A stretch of DNA of 64,000 bases. Origin: Podarcis tiliguerta (Eukaryota). Within the stretch, counting starts at the first letter, position 1, and each line of letters begins with the position of its first letter. Below, one piece after another: positions 40,153 through 54,159 of this stretch. The stretch lies in NCBI GenBank assembly GCA_965153285.1, contig OZ229111.1. One strand, given 5' to 3'. The notes under the pieces are model-generated. The model was not told the DNA's origin, searched no databases, and saw only the letters and a program-made list of their open reading frames with translations. A program made the translations under genes and the position numbers.

Positions 40153-42504
40153 GAAAATACAATTTCTTGGAACTGCTGGTAGTTGTGAATATTTCTTTGT
40201 GGCCAAGATGTACATAAAGCCATGGAAAGGGCCTGATGTGAAAAATCATCCCATGGAAGACTGTCCATGGAGTTAGCTTCTCTGTAACCAGCCACTGCAT
40301 TTTCCTTTACTTATTTACTTTCACAAAATTGAGTAAAATTGTGTAATAAGCATAAAATTCCTGATTCTCCTCATCCTATCTCCTACATTGGGAGGAGCAG
40401 AGCTAAACTGAGCAACGAGGGGAACCATCCCCACATCCAGCTTAGCTTGCATAAGCTAAGGCAGAAGGTGTGAAGGTCGATTTCCTCCCATTTTCTTTGC
40501 CATGTGAGCTCTAGGCCCAGATCAGGCCCATTACTAGCAGTTGGATCCACTTAGGAACCAGCTAAGATTGGTCTCCTCCCTGTCTTAGACCCATTTTAGA
40601 TACCACTGCCAGCTTCCACCCACCTGTGTCTTCAGCAGGTGCAGTGGCAATGTCCACAGTGATGGAGCTCCACCTGCCCACCCCTCTCAGCAGACCTCTG
40701 ACACTTCCCAATTCCACACAGACAAAACAGATTGGTTCTGTTTCATGGAGCAATTATAGCTCCTAAAGAAAAACTATGGAAACAAAATTCTGAATCTCTC
40801 AGAAAAGATAATACCACACTCCTTTAAAAAAAATTCCCATAACATCAATGGCTACAGATAGAAAAGGTACATTCTTCACAGTTGTGTGTTTTATCTTGTG
40901 CACCAGCAGAGATTACCATCTCCTAGGTGGACCTTATTCATATGCCTCGTGAAGATATAACCCAAATAATATTCTCTCAGAACTTTACACAAAGAACAGC
41001 ATGTAGTAATATGTGCAAGATAGTCTGCTTAAGATGCTTTAAACCACTAGGACAGGCACACTCTGAATACGACCTGTCTTGTATCTTCTAAAAAAGCAAA
41101 ATGCATCACACTTAACTGAGCTAGTAAAGGCCATCCTATCGCTGAATTTTAGCAAGTCCTTTAAACAACAAAAGGAATGTAAGGGAAATTCTTATATTAT
41201 GGTGCTATTTTAGAAACAGATAAGAGTTGTTTTATCCATCTGGAGGGATAAGTCAAGCAGTCTTTGCCTCAAGCTTCACAGCAAACTCTAAACTCTTTAT
41301 ACAGGATTCAAAAAAGCCTAATTTCACTACCAGATATAATACAAACACTTCCCTAGTGTGATTGTTCATTTCCTCAAAGGCTATCCTAAGAGGGCAGCAA
41401 GGCTCACTGAAGATAATTTTAGCCATTAGTTTCACACAATCTTCACACAAACTGTTTGTATTGCTACTGTAGCCATTTTAGCTCTACATAAAGCAGTCAG
41501 TGTGGGCGGCGGGGTGGGCGTGCGCGCTAATAATAATCATCACAAAAGTCTGCTGTGAACTGTCTCCAGAGGACTTTAAATTCTCAGAGGCCCCACCTGG
41601 GCTCCATAAAGACATTGCAGGGCCACCTAACTTCCATAAATAAACAAAAAATAGCAGTACCAGCCCAGGACACATCCTTGGTGAAGAAGAAGTAACAATC
41701 TTGTGTGATCCTGACAGAATCAGATAAATTTTTATGAATGCCTACCTTGGCTGCTGCCAGTCAGTGTGCAGACAATTGGTCTCACTTGTCATAAAGTTGC
41801 TTTCTACAATACTGAGGTGTGTGGGTAGGAAGGACGTTGGACTAGTGGAATTAATCCAGCAGCAGATGCGCCGAGTTGCATCCAACATTGGGGGGCATCA
41901 TGCGCAATGCGCGTTGGGAGGAGGCTACCGCTGTGAGGCCTGCCACCGCCACTACGAGGCCTGGTGCCACAAGGCCCAGAAAGGCCAACCGCCACAAGGC
42001 CCACCTCAAGATTGGGGGGGGCGGGGCTGAAAATACCTCAGCTCTATAGAGTTGGCACCTTTGTCCAGCAGGACTCTTTCTATGCTCTTAAACAGGCCCA
42101 AGCATGCTATGAAGGGAAGAAGAGCAGTATCTAATATCCAGAGAGGTACCAGAATAACTCAGGCCTGCGTGAGACACTTGTCACCTGCCTTGCAATTCTC
42201 AGAAATTAAGTCTCAGTATATTATTTGGACCTTACTGCCCTGTAAGTATGCCTAGGACTGCAGCTGAATGTGTAGGCTGCAGTTTCCTCAGCAACTGTAA
42301 GTGACTAGGAGTGCTTTCCTTAAGCAGGAGAAACATGTCAGAGTGCTGCATTTGCATTAATTAGAGGGTGCTATTTGGGTGTATCTGGTATTGAAGCTGA
42401 AACATATAATTGTGCCCTAGACCTGTGTGCAAAATGTAAATAGCAGTCGTGGGTGGGAGCTGGGAAATATTGCAGGAAGGGAGAGTGTAAAAACATATAT
42501 TTAT

Positions 42505-42756
42505 TACATTTATATCCCACCTTGGGTTTAATGGAAGAAAGGCTGGGATAGAAACGTAATAAATCTTCCCGTGAACTCAAGATGGCATGCATGGCTCTCC
42601 CCAACCAGCACATTTTATCCTCACAACAATCCTGAGAATTAGGTTAGACAGAGAAGGCAATTGGCCCAAGGTCACCCAGTAAGCATCATGTCTGAAAGGG
42701 GGTTTGAACCAAGATCTCTCTAGCCCAACACTCTGACTGCTACACCACACTAGCTT
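42505..42756 (-). mobile_element. MIR/CORE-type SINE
   Basis: tttatcctcacaacaatcctg...aggttag...ggcccaaggtcacccag...ggtttgaacc...actgctacaccacact. Confidence 0.6.
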
Positions 42757-43700
42757 CCCACTGACTTCCTCTGTGGCACAGAGAGCATTCAGGCTGTCTA
42801 AGCTGCTGTTTAGTCTAAATCTTTATGCAGTTGGAGATCTGGTCATTATGCTGCTTCCCCCCACCCTGGCTTTTGTATATACTCTTTCTGTATATTGAAG
42901 AATGTCAAGGGAGCTCAATTCAGGAGGGGAAATGAGCATGTTCATCACCTGGCAAAGTCCAAAGCAGTTGAATCAAATCCATACGCCCCCTTCTCCCAAT
43001 TTGGTTGTAGGCAGTGGGGTGCGGTGGCAAGGCTCACATGACCTGCAGCCAGCCATGTAGAGGAGTGTGAATCCCCCAGTGGAGACAATCTGGTGCTCCT
43101 GCTGGCGTGTTTGCACCACGCCAACCACGCACCACCACCTTGCCCCTCCCCTTCTACCTGTGAGTAAGCAGCAGCAACCGACTGGTGGCCAGGTGAGTAC
43201 TGCTGCTCCACCACAGCACCACGGCTGCTGTTTGTAGACCTACTTTGGCCCATAATAATTTGGCGTCATCATAATTCAATGAGCTCTGACAGAATGAAAG
43301 TCTCAAAAACCAAGAGGGAGATTATATTTTGCTAGGAGGACAGATAGAAAACGACACACTTGCAGGGAGGTGGAGGAGAGATTTAGAGCAAAGGAGGATT
43401 AGAGATGGTTTTATCTTAAAGCTGGAGGGGGGAACTTGGAGAGTTCTGGAATGAAACGAGAGCACAGGTCAAAGGATTCTTAGATCCTGAATCTGAGTTC
43501 TGCTTTAAGTTTTGGAGGCACATCTGATTGAACAGTGCACCTTGTCATCTCATTCTCTGCCTTTCCACTCCCAGTAGAGCAGTTTTAGGCATAGCCAATC
43601 AAAGCAACAGCATACAAAACTAAGGCTGCACATGAGTGGCTTGAAACACAGCCAGGTCATCCCCTCCCACTGTGTTTTACATTGCTGTAATACTGTATGC

Positions 43701-44054
43701 GGGGACGCGGGTGGCGCTGTGGGTTAAACCACAGGGCCTAGGACTTGCCGATCAGAAGTTGGCGGTTCGAATCCCTGCAATGGGGTGAGCTCCTGTTGCT
43801 CAGTCCCAGCTCCTGCCAACCTAGCAGTTCGAAAGCACGTCAAAGTGCAAGTAGATAAATAGGTACCACTCCAGCGGGAAGATAAACAGCATTTCCGTGT
43901 GCTGCTCTGGTTCGCCAGAAGTGTCTTAGTCATGCTGGCCACATGGCCCGGAAGCTGTACGCTGGCTCCCTCGGCCAATAAAGCAAGATGAGTGCCGCAA
44001 CCCCAGCTTCGGTCACGACTGGACCTAATGGTCAGGGGTCCCTTTACCTTTACC
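43701..44054 (+). mobile_element. Full-length Sauria SINE
   Basis: tRNA-like head (GGGACGCGGGTGGCGCTGTGG...GGTTCGAATCC), Sauria body and (ACCTTT)n tail. Perfect 13-bp TSD TAATACTGTATGC at 43688-43700 and 44055-44067. Confidence 0.93.
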
Positions 44055-46268
44055 TAATACTGTATGCACCAGAGAGGGGCAGGCCTGTCTCTACCCAGTT
44101 CATACTTCTTGAAGTGATTCACCATGTCTACAACCCCTCCCACTCCAAACTCCTCTTCCATTAAGCTGCACATGTGCAATGGGTGTCTGACATGTACATA
44201 TCTCCATTTAAACACACTTTCAACTCAGATGAAAGCTCATTTGAGGGGAAAGTGCATCAAACAGTGATTTCTTAAAAAAACCCACACACAACCTATTAGA
44301 TACATATGAATTGTGGCTAATGTACGTGTGCTTGGCTTCAATCACCAGTGGTGGGAGCACACTGGAGTCATGGTAAATGGTGATGTGCAGTCATCCTGGG
44401 GAATCTGGTTACAAGGGCATCTCCGGAGGCTGGAGTTGGAGGGAAAGGAATAAGGTTTACAGTGGAGTTCTGTACACGTCTGCTTAGAAGTATTCAGTTG
44501 CATTCAGCTCAGTGGCTCTTGCCGCAGAGTCCCAGGTAACTGTGCATTGAACCAAGCCTTAGCGATGCTCCTTATCTCCACTTCCCCCTTTCGTGGCTCC
44601 TTGTGAGGAAAATACCAAGTTACGGAAGTGACCAGGATTGAACAGCTGAAATTGTTTCCCTCTAGAAAACCAAGAGAGTCTTTCTTGTTCGTTATTATTT
44701 AGAGAAGGCACACAAACATGCTGAATTCCTCTCGGCCTTTGGATTCTATGATAAACATCAGTTACCCTCTCCAGAATGCAAAAACAATGCGGAGCCATGG
44801 GGGGAAGCACACAGTCCACTGAGCACATTTTCTCTGCGACTTCTGCATTGGAACGCTGAACTCCTTTCTTAAATTAGCGCTGTCATTTTTCATGGGGTTT
44901 AAAAATAAGCAGGTGGCATGTGCTGCGTTGCTGGCCGCACACATTCAAACATCATGACAGATGGTCTTTGGAAGCAGGAGATGGGCTTGAAGTTATTTTT
45001 AATTAGTGAAATTTGGCTCTTTGTTTGGCTGAGCATGTGGGATCTCAGTTCCGCAAAGAGGCTGAGCCATTGAACAACTGGGAAAACTTGTAAGGCTTTG
45101 GGGGAGTCTGGAGCCTTGAGAGTCAAGTGATGGCTTTAATTAAGCTTTCTTCCAGATACAAATTACCTACAGGTGCTACTCGGCTGTCTCTCAACAGATG
45201 CATTTCTCGACCTTCATCAAGCCTTGGATTTTCTTAGTCAATTTTCTTGTTTAAAAAAAAAAATCAAGTGCTGTAAGATGCTCCAATTTTGAGAGAAGCA
45301 GTGGTACTTCAGTTGTATTTCAATTGAAGCTGAAGCAGAGAAAGGGATGTTTAACCGGCCTGCATCTCCCATCACTGTATGTGCATTCTGCTTTCCAAAT
45401 CTAGGATGCACATGCAACTGAAACTCCCCCAAGCCCTGCAGTGGGGGGGGGGGGAATGCAGGCATTCTACATGTACCAGTGTCTTTTCCACTGTGGGGCC
45501 AATTGAGCTGGGGGCGGGGGCGGAATTAGGTCTAGAAAATAGTGCACACTGGAGCACTCACGGATATTTTAAAGTTTTGTTTTTTTAAAAAGGTATCAGT
45601 AGATCTGATAATGAGACTTGGGCATCACATATGGGTTATGCCTCAGATCCTTGCCAAATCTGTATCAAACAATTATTTCTGGGGCTAGAATTAACCTAAA
45701 GGTCATCCAGTCCAATTCTGCATTCAAGGTTGGAAGACTCCGATCATCCTTCCAATCTCCCCATCCTAAGCTGTCGGCTCAGCATGACACCCTACAAATG
45801 TCACAAGAATTCAGAGATCTTAGGACTTGCGCCTCCAGTCTTGCTCTATGGTGTTATATGAATCTGGTTTGTGCTGAGGATAAGGAAGAAAAATGGGGGG
45901 GAATGCCATCTCTAACCTTTGACTAGGCATGTTAGGATCTAGTTAAAGTGGGTTTCTAAAGAGAGGGGTTAGGTTCCAATATCTACTGACCAGCCCCCTG
46001 TGCCAAATTTCATTCCACCCCTACTCTACACTATCATGACAAAGGTGCTCTAGAGTCTTGTGGTTTTATTTCTGCATTACATTTGCATTCAGTAAATCAG
46101 GATGAGATACATGGGAGGTTTATCCCATTTTCTTACAGCAAACTGTGAAATAGCTTAAGCAGACAGATTATGGCTGGCTCAAGCTTTATAAAGGAGCAGG
46201 GATCCAAAACAGATGCAGTGTTGCTCAACTACAGCTCCCATCATCCCTGACCATTGGCCATGTTGACT

Positions 46269-46411
46269 TAGAATCACAGAATTGGAGAGTTGGAAGGGAC
46301 CACAGGGCTCATCTACTCCAATGCAGTAGTGCAGGAATATTTTGTCCAACATGGGGCTTGAACCCACAACCCTGAGATTAAGAGCCTCATGCTCTACCGA
46401 CTGAGCTATCC
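46269..46411 (-). mobile_element. tRNA-Lys-derived SINE with CR1-like tail, nested in a hAT MITE
   Basis: The minus strand reads GGATAGCTCAGTCGGTAGAGCATGAGGCTCTTAATCTCAGGGTTGTGGGTTCAAGCCCCATGTTGG (tRNA-Lys CTT-like), followed by a ...CCCTTCCAACTCTCCAATTCTGTGATTCTA tail. Confidence 0.75.
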
Positions 46412-47949
46412 ACTAGGGCTGCTAGGAGTTGGGAGTCCAATAATAATGTTGGCTTCAAAAGGAGTTTAGGCAACTTCACTCCCACTGTGACAGCACAAGA
46501 GGCAGGAAGCTGCAAGGTCAGTCTCAGGCTCTGCACCATGCCATCGCTGCCATTTGAAAAATCTCTTACTAAAGAGCTGCCTCAACACCGCAGATTTTGA
46601 AACTGCACAGATCTGTATACAAACTGTTGTTCTTCTCAATGTGTTTTTTCTTCTAGAACTGTCAGAAATTGCACTATAAATAGCTAGGTCACTTCGTGGC
46701 AAAGCCACTGTGAAGGTCCACAGTGTTAGGAAAGTTTGAAGTAAACAAGGCACACATCACAGCCCATCCTGGGAAATCTAAATGCCACCTAGTTAAATTC
46801 CCACTATATAATCAAGCCCTTCTACTGTATATTGGCAGGCAGAACATGACAACCATCAAGAGGCCCTGTGCCACAACTGGCATAACTGGATACAAGGACA
46901 AATTTTGGAAGCAAGCTGCCTAACCTGTCTGATCAACAGCTTGTACAGGGGCCATAGAATAATAGATTCCTAGAACTGTAGAGTTGGAAGGGACCATGGG
47001 GTCATCTTTTTCTTGCAAAGCATGTGCTCAACCAGTGAGTCACAGCCAAACTTTCCCACCTCTTCAAAAAATTGTCTGGAAGTACATTGTGCACTCTGAA
47101 TGCTGCCCCTGGAGGTAAAGGCAATGCTTAATTGGGGGTGTTGCATAGGAGGGCAACCATTTTCCCTGGGGGGAAGGCCCATACAGTACCTTGATTCTAA
47201 GTGCGTGGGGGCAGGAAAGGTACTTTGTGTATGCTTGGTATCCCTAACCACCCAGATCTTTTTTATATTTGTAAAAATAGAATTTACAGGGTAATTTATA
47301 GTGATAAATGGGCAGTGCTAAAGAAAGGAAAGCTAGCAATACAACACAGACTGTGCCAGCAGCATTTCCCCCCTTCTGCTTACACTACTGCCTTATATAG
47401 ATTATTAGAGACATTTCAGAGAGCTGCAGTTCCCTTGTAGGAATTCCACAGAAGCTCCTGTTCTTTTGGTACTTTGTTTGTTTGGGGGAATTTTGATCCA
47501 ACAATCTGAGCTGCAATTGAAGCTCTGCAGAAAGGTAGTTCCTCCCAGGAGTGGGGCTGCGTTGCTGACTTTGCTGCAAGGCAGATTTTTATAGTGGGCG
47601 AGTACAGTAGCATCCCATATGAGGGCAGCAGAGGATAATGCAGCTCCAGGCCAGAGCGCTGTAGCTGTAGAAAGGATTTGTGGTGTTAAGAGTGGCATGT
47701 TCCCTTCAGGACCCAAGGAGGCCCTCTGCTCACTAAAATCAGTTTCACTCAGGCTCTGCTGGATTATTTGGTAGCAGTTCCTGCCCTTGGGTGGCTGTGC
47801 AATCGCTTCAAAATGGGCAAAGCCTATTGGTGCTACGTGTGTGATTGATCAGTCCTCTTTATATGCCACTAGTGGGGATGTGAGAATAAAAATGGCCGCC
47901 TCAATGCTCTAAAAGCACAATGTGCATGATAGACAGATGGATAGACAGG

Positions 47950-48137
47950 CACACAGGGAGCTACCTTATACTGAATCAGACCATTGCTCCATCTAACTGA
48001 GTAATGCCTGCACTGACTGGCAGCAGCTCTCCAGGGTTTCAAGCAGGGAACCTTCCCTAGCCCTACCTGGAGATACACAGGGGATTGAACCAGGTGCCTT
48101 TGGCATGCAAGGCCGATTCTCTACCACTAAGCTATGG
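47950..48137 (-). mobile_element. tRNA-derived squamate SINE
   Basis: ccttatactgaatcagaccattg...ctggagat...ggggattgaacc...ctaccactaagcta. Related copies lie at 30475, 58098 and 61165. Confidence 0.7.
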
Positions 48138-50715
48138 TTCAGTTACATATTCTCTTCTCCATCCCTCCAGTGAAAGGTGAATTCGAGATCCCCTTAGACG
48201 CCACACGTACAGGCTGAAGCTTTTCCAGCTGGCCTCTCCCCCTTGGGCTCCTCAGTCCTGCCCCACTTCACAGCCCCACTGCTGTGCACTATCATCATGT
48301 CTGAGGGAAAGTTGTCATGGAGATCACACTTTGTGAGGGAGAAGAGATGGTTCATGTTTAAAGGAGCAGTGTGATTCTTTCGTTGAATCCTGGATTCCAG
48401 TCAGGCGTCGCTTTAAGCAAAACTGTATTGACCTGACCCATTATTCCTTTCAGGTTTCAGGCCCGAACGCTAAGGGAGCCCTTCTAGGCGCTACCCAGAG
48501 TCTAAAGTAACGAGTGAGGGATAGAAAAGAATAGGAGGCCTCTTGCAAAATGGGCCTCATTGTTGCCTTTCCTGCCTTTCTTCTGTACTTCATGCCTTTG
48601 GGATGGAAACAAGCCTGGTGTTATTAAACAGGAAATAGTTTGGATTTAGTTCTGACTACTAACAGCTATTAATGGCGTAGGGCTCTGCTTTTAATTATAG
48701 TGAGGCCCAGCTTAAACACACGGACCCTGATGCCCTCCAGCTTCAACATATCCATTTATGAACATGTAAATCTGGGCCATTATGTAGACAACCAAAACTA
48801 ATCTCCTCTTAAAACCTATATGTTACTTGGGCTGACACACAAAATCTGTTTGCCCCACCAAAAAAATCATCATCATGTGTGCGTCATAACTATCAGAGCT
48901 GCTGCCACCTGATGCCTACGTGTTTGTGGCACTGGCTGCAATTTGTGCCTTTCTGCTTCTTCCTCTGGCTTTATAAACACTTCTATTTTCTACCTTCCTC
49001 CTTTCTAGCTGGGGGCCACCCCCAGCTGGGAGCAAGCTGGCGCCATGCAAAAGGAGAAGTACACAGTGTCCATGCTTGAGAAAGATGTATGAATAATATC
49101 TAAGCACAAAATCCACATGGTGTGGAACACACACACATATATGTATGTTTTTCGGCAGTGGGAGGCTTAAGACCCATACAAATGCAGGCAAGGAGCAGCC
49201 AGAAAGTGATCACATGCCTCAGTTGTGTTTGCATTAAAGAACACCCCCCCCCCACACACACAAAAGAAATACATACATGGGCACATTGCATCTGATGCGG
49301 TGTGCATCTGTTTTGAATGTGAGTATTGTACCCAAATACAAAAACTGGAATAGTTCTAAGCATGCGGGAAAGAGGTTACCCGCTGGGAAGAGACACTCAG
49401 CACATGCTCAGAGGCACTCCTTCCTCATTAATATATTTCAGGACTCATTCCTGATATAAAAACCAGATTCCAGAGCTTGTTCCAAAGCATCAGTTATATC
49501 CCAACCGATTCCATCACAAATAGGCTATAAACAATGCAAGCAGAAGCTCTTGGGCTGGTACAGAAACTTGCAAGAGAAAACACCACTTGGAAAGACACAC
49601 TGTACTGCAAGCAGCTAATAGAAAACAAGCAGGAAAAATGTGTGAAAACAGATCAGAAGTCTCTGGTCTAGGGAGCAATTTCACTGAACACCAAACATCG
49701 TGAATGGACTAAAAAAAGGAGAGGTTCCCAGGAGATCATGGTGCAGGCTTGAAAAGTGTCACTCACCCCTGCCCACCCTGTTCCTGGGTTGGTCAACAGA
49801 TGCCCTGTCCCAACAGAGTCCTAAGTAGCCTGACTTTCTTCAGTCTGTAGGGACTTCTGCCCAAAGGTCTTATTGACAATAAAAGCAGCATGCAACTGAG
49901 CAGGCTGATCTTCCCACCCCATGATTCTTTCACTCTTTCGGTGAGTTCCAGCCTCAGCCGTTGCTTTGTTAAAAGCAAAGACACAGTTATGACATAACCC
50001 ATCCTGTCAGAGCCCCATTGGACATTCTCTGGAGCCTTCCAATGTGAGGCAAGAGGCCAGGGATCCTCTTCATAAGGGGAGTGAACTATAAATAGATTTG
50101 TTTGTTTTATATATATATATATAAAGCCGTTCTGTCGTTAAAACCAGCTGAGATCACCCACAAATCCCCAACTGTCAAGGCCCATTTGTGTGTACTCTTG
50201 GCTCCCGTAAGTCTGATGAAAGAGGAAGCCAGAGGGGAAAGGTTGTGGCACAGATTGAGCTGCAGCAATCAAGTGTGGCATGAGAGGGACAGCCTGGTCA
50301 CAGCAGGGCTCCCGAGTCACTTATTGCAGCCACACCTGTCTGTGGAGAACTGTGCACCAGTGCGCATTCAGTGCGCTGCTGCTTCGGAGAGCTGAATTAG
50401 TTCTGATGCAGCCTTGGAAGGACACAGAGGTCTTCTGCAACCTTTTAGGGGGTACTCAAGGGTACGCAGTACCGGCAACCCTTCTTTGGTGTTAAAAAGT
50501 GTGACACTTACTGTAACAACTTCATGGTGAGCACCGGCACCTACTTTTCTAGAAAAAAAAGCAGTGCCTATGTGTATTGTTGTGTCCACCCCAATCTCCG
50601 AGCAACAAGAGACTCCAGGGGTGCCCATGCTTACCCAGGGTTCAGTTCCTTGGAAGGAAGGCCAATGGAGACTATGGTGTCCTTAGGATATATGGTTTTA
50701 TTTATACATATATAG

Positions 50716-50872
50716 CAGGCATGTCCAACCAATAGATCAGTAGATACCAATAGACCAGTAGATACCAATCCTGGTAGACGCTCCTCTTCCCTCCAATGAC
50801 AATGTGTAGATCACTGCCAATTTTTTTTATACTGGGAGTAGATCACAGTCTCTTGGGAGTTGGACGTGCCTG
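50716..50872. mobile_element. hAT MITE (GATCTAC-repeat family)
   Basis: CAGGCATGTCCAAC ... GTTGGACGTGCCTG, 8-bp TSD ATATATAG / ATATATAC. Confidence 0.85.
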
Positions 50873-52136
50873 ATATATACCATAGAATGGAAGGGCTCAC
50901 CACATTAACACCCCAACAGGTGTTGCTTCCCCATCAGGTTTCCAGGGAAGCCCCCGTCTCGGCTTTGGAGCAAAACATGCCTCTGCCTCCTCAGCTGCTA
51001 GAGCTTCAGTCAAACTCTCTCTCCATCACTCAGGCCGCCACCCCCTTGGCCTATTGTTCCTCCTCCTCCTGGGAATGACTTGGGATCCAGCCAGGCGAGT
51101 TGGGAAACGGCTTTCCCATTTTTCTCCATGGCAGTATAGCTCACTCTTTTTGATGCTGACACTTTGAGATGTACTTACTTAACTGGCCAGCTAGGGTCAT
51201 TGCCTTAACCAAAGGAACCACACAAGTTCCCTCTTGCAGGTTATAACCTCAGAGTCACAAGATCACAGATTTGGAAGGGATCCACAGGTATCATCCAGAC
51301 CTTCCCCCTCCCCCCAGAAAACACCCCTATAACACCATATAAAATCCTTTCTCCCACCAACACTGTCAGAAACAGCCTGGCCATCCCAGACCCTGAAGGA
51401 GCAGGATATAACTATTCTCAGTGTCAGAAAGGTTATTTGGTAGCTGGAAAAATCGCTTGCTGCTTAGCTTGGTATTAAGTATTCCAGATGTGAGACTTAC
51501 AAAGAGGGTCAGCATGTAGGAGGGCCATCCCACTCTTTTCTAACCCTGCTAGGCTCAAAACTGGAAACAGGAACATGGGAATACTGTTCCATCCCAGCAG
51601 AATTTGGTGTTTCCTTTCTCTCCCTTTTTCCCAAGCTTAAGTGAGGGTTTCCTGTCACCAGAGTGGGAATTTTCAGCTAACCCTATTTTTTCTGCTTGCT
51701 GAGTCTCAGGGGAGAGTTATGGCCAGATTGGAGACTCTGAGGAAACAGCAATAAATGAAAGCAATTAGACAGGGATATGCTGTGTGTGCCTGTCAGCCAG
51801 TCAGTGAAGCATCTATGAAACAGAACGTAAGAATTCTGGGCGCTGTCGTTCCTCAAGCGGTCTTGGGAATTGTAACTCTGTGGGGGTAAACTACAGTGCC
51901 CAGAATTCTGTGAGGGAAATAATATTCTTCGGATGTGCTTTAAAGGTAAATGTGTGTGTGGTGTACTGTACACAGCCTCAAGTCAGATCATTGGATCCTT
52001 TACCTCAGTAATGTTGACACAGAGCATTTGTTTCAGTGTTTTGGGGTGGGTGGGTCATTCATTATGGACAGCTATGCCCCCTCCCATGCCTTCCCCCTTC
52101 CTCAGTGCTTTCATTTCTTTTCCAGCCATGCTCATA

Positions 52137-52362
52137 CAGTGGTGCCTCGGGTTAAGTACTTAATTCATTCTGGAGGTCCGTACTTAACCTGAAACTGTTC
52201 TTAACCTGAAGCACCTCTTTAGCTAATGGGGCCTCCTGCTGCCGCTGCGCTGCCGGAGCACGATTTATGTTCTCATCCTGAAGCAAAGTTCTTAACCTGA
52301 AGCACTATTTCTGGGTTAGCGGAGTCTGTAACCTGAAGCGTATATAACCTGAGGTACCACTG
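52137..52362. mobile_element. Tc1/mariner MITE, family A
   Basis: TA|CAGTGGTGCCTCGGGTTAAG...GAGGTACCACTG|TA, with internal (TTAACCTGAAG)-like repeats. Confidence 0.9.
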
Positions 52363-52463
52363 TAACTGTTTCTGGTGTAAACAGAAAACTGCAGAAGCAG
52401 AACACATAAAAATGTCTTCATCAGATAATGAGCAGCAACATCAATCTGAAAAGTTTCCTAAGA

Positions 52464-52464
<1 letters not shown>

Positions 52465-52511
<47 letters not shown>
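52465..52511. repeat. (TG)n microsatellite
   Basis: About 23 tandem TG units. Confidence 0.95.
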
Positions 52512-52513
<2 letters not shown>

Positions 52514-53125
52514 CTTATGATCAGTCAGATTTGCATAATCCCAGATTTTTAATGTGTTTTCCCAGAAGCAAAACACATTACAATTGTGTGCTGAGAATTT
52601 ACAATTGCCTGGCTGTTTGCTTTTGTGCACTTTGGGGTGGGTTGTTTTGTTTTTCTAAAACACAGCATATGGTTATGTAATACAATTCCACTAGTACGAT
52701 CTCCCTCTCCCACAAAGGCTTAGATGGAACTGATGCCTCTCGCTTCTCAGTAGGAAGGGAACAACACTGAGCCTGTGAAATCTTTGAAAAATGTTCCTTC
52801 AGCATTTCCCCATAAGTTGACAGAGAACGTAAGTGTCAGTCACAATCTCACCCACATCACATGGCAGGTGAACTTCTGTAAACTCCTGGCTGTAGTTGAC
52901 AAAAGGACAAGAGGCCTATAAGCCACAAAGTATTGACTGGTGGGATAATTCATTGGTATCCTTCACTGGTTGCTGTGGTTTTTTGGGAGGGGTCCCTCTG
53001 TCCTATCTATAATACTTGTTTTGTATCCTTCCCTCAAAGTATTCAGAGCATAGTTTTAGCTTCACAACAATCATGTGAGGTAAATTAGACCAAAAGTGCC
53101 TCCAAACTGTCACTACTTTCAGGTG

Positions 53126-53170
53126 CAGGTAGGTAGCCATGTTGGTCTCACGCTGTCGAAATACAGTAAA

Positions 53171-53201
<31 letters not shown>

Positions 53202-53352
53202 TAATAATAATCGTCTAGTAGCACCTTAGGGACCAACTAAGTTTGTTCTAGGTATGAGCTTTTGTAAGTGTGCATGCACACGAAAGCTCATACCTAGAAC
53301 AAACTTAGTTGGTCTCTAAGCTGCTACTAGACTATTTTTTTAAACTTTTTTT
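53126..53352. mobile_element. Penelope-like element remnant with internal inverted repeat
   Basis: Same start and hairpin arms as the 8388 copy. 12-bp direct repeat TACTTTCAGGTG at 53114-53125 and 53353-53364. Confidence 0.75.
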
Positions 53353-53754
53353 TACTTTCAGGTGGGATTCCATCACATACCAGCAAATTCAATTGGTCAA
53401 TTGTAGTTGATTGGGAGGTCTTGCACAACCAACCCATTTCCTTAAAAGACTAGATTTATTGTAATGAGGAAAGTGGTGAGAAATGCAGAGGAAAAACCCT
53501 TGCTTTGAGGCAATGTCATACAGCCTCCTAACAAACAAACTGGAGTGAAAGATGCTCATTAAACAACCACTGGCAAATCAGGATGGATGCTCTATAACCA
53601 TGTTGTCTGGAAGCACTCTAAAAGACTTGCTCATGGGCCATCCAGTATGCTTCATGGCTGAGCACGGATTTTAACTTGGTATTCACTACTGGAACCAGCA
53701 CTCAGTCTAACTACTACATCACAATGTTTTGGGGAGTCTGAAATCTTCCTTCAT

Positions 53755-53897
53755 AAAATCACAGAATTGTAGAGTTGGAAGGGACTCCGAGGATCATCTA
53801 GTCCAGCTCCCTGCAATGCAGGAATATGCAGCCATTCCAAAAGGGGATTGAACCTGCAACCTTGGCATTATCGGCACCACACTCTCACTAACTGAGT
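53755..53897 (-). mobile_element. tRNA-derived SINE with CR1-like tail
   Basis: Tail cacagaattgtagagttggaagggac is shared with 46270 and 46972. Reverse B-box ggattgaacc. Confidence 0.65.
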
Positions 53898-54056
53898 CCA
53901 TTAACTGATCCGGAGATTCATTCCATCCTCCCCCAACTCCTCCTGGGAGCTCAACTCTTTCAACTCAGCAACACACAGACTGGGCAGGTCAGTCTCTGCT
54001 GTGTTGTTTTTTGGTTTTTTTTTTAAGGTGTACACGCAGAATTTTGCATGATTTAG

Positions 54057-54159
54057 GATAGACAGATACAAACAAAGATAGCTAGATAGAGACAGATGAT
54101 AGGGATAGGTAGGCAGATGATAGATCAACAGGCAGGCAGGCAGACACACTAGATAGATA
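54057..54159. repeat. Degenerate (GATA/GACA/GGCA)n tetranucleotide repeat
   Basis: gatagacagatac...gatagctagatagagacagatgatagggataggtaggcag...caggcaggcaggcag...agatagatac. Confidence 0.7.

Larger units (their letters stand above)
33261..40170 (+). other. ADGRL1: Probable long (~6.9 kb) ADGRL1 3' UTR
   Basis: AU-rich and low-complexity UTR-like sequence, largely free of the young TEs seen elsewhere in the window. It ends at tandem AATAAA (40139-40144, 40147-40152) followed by GT/T-rich sequence. Confidence 0.55.

Noticed and set aside
41500-42030. Small CpG-containing patch with GC box and tgcgc motifs and a 98-aa ORF
   Set aside because: Too short and weak for a CpG island and has no exon structure. 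More likely a decayed DNA-transposon remnant.
46345-46411. tRNA-Lys(CTT)-like sequence on the minus strand
   Set aside because: It has CpG-decay substitutions and a broken acceptor stem, and is fused to a CR1-like tail. It is a SINE head, not a tRNA gene.
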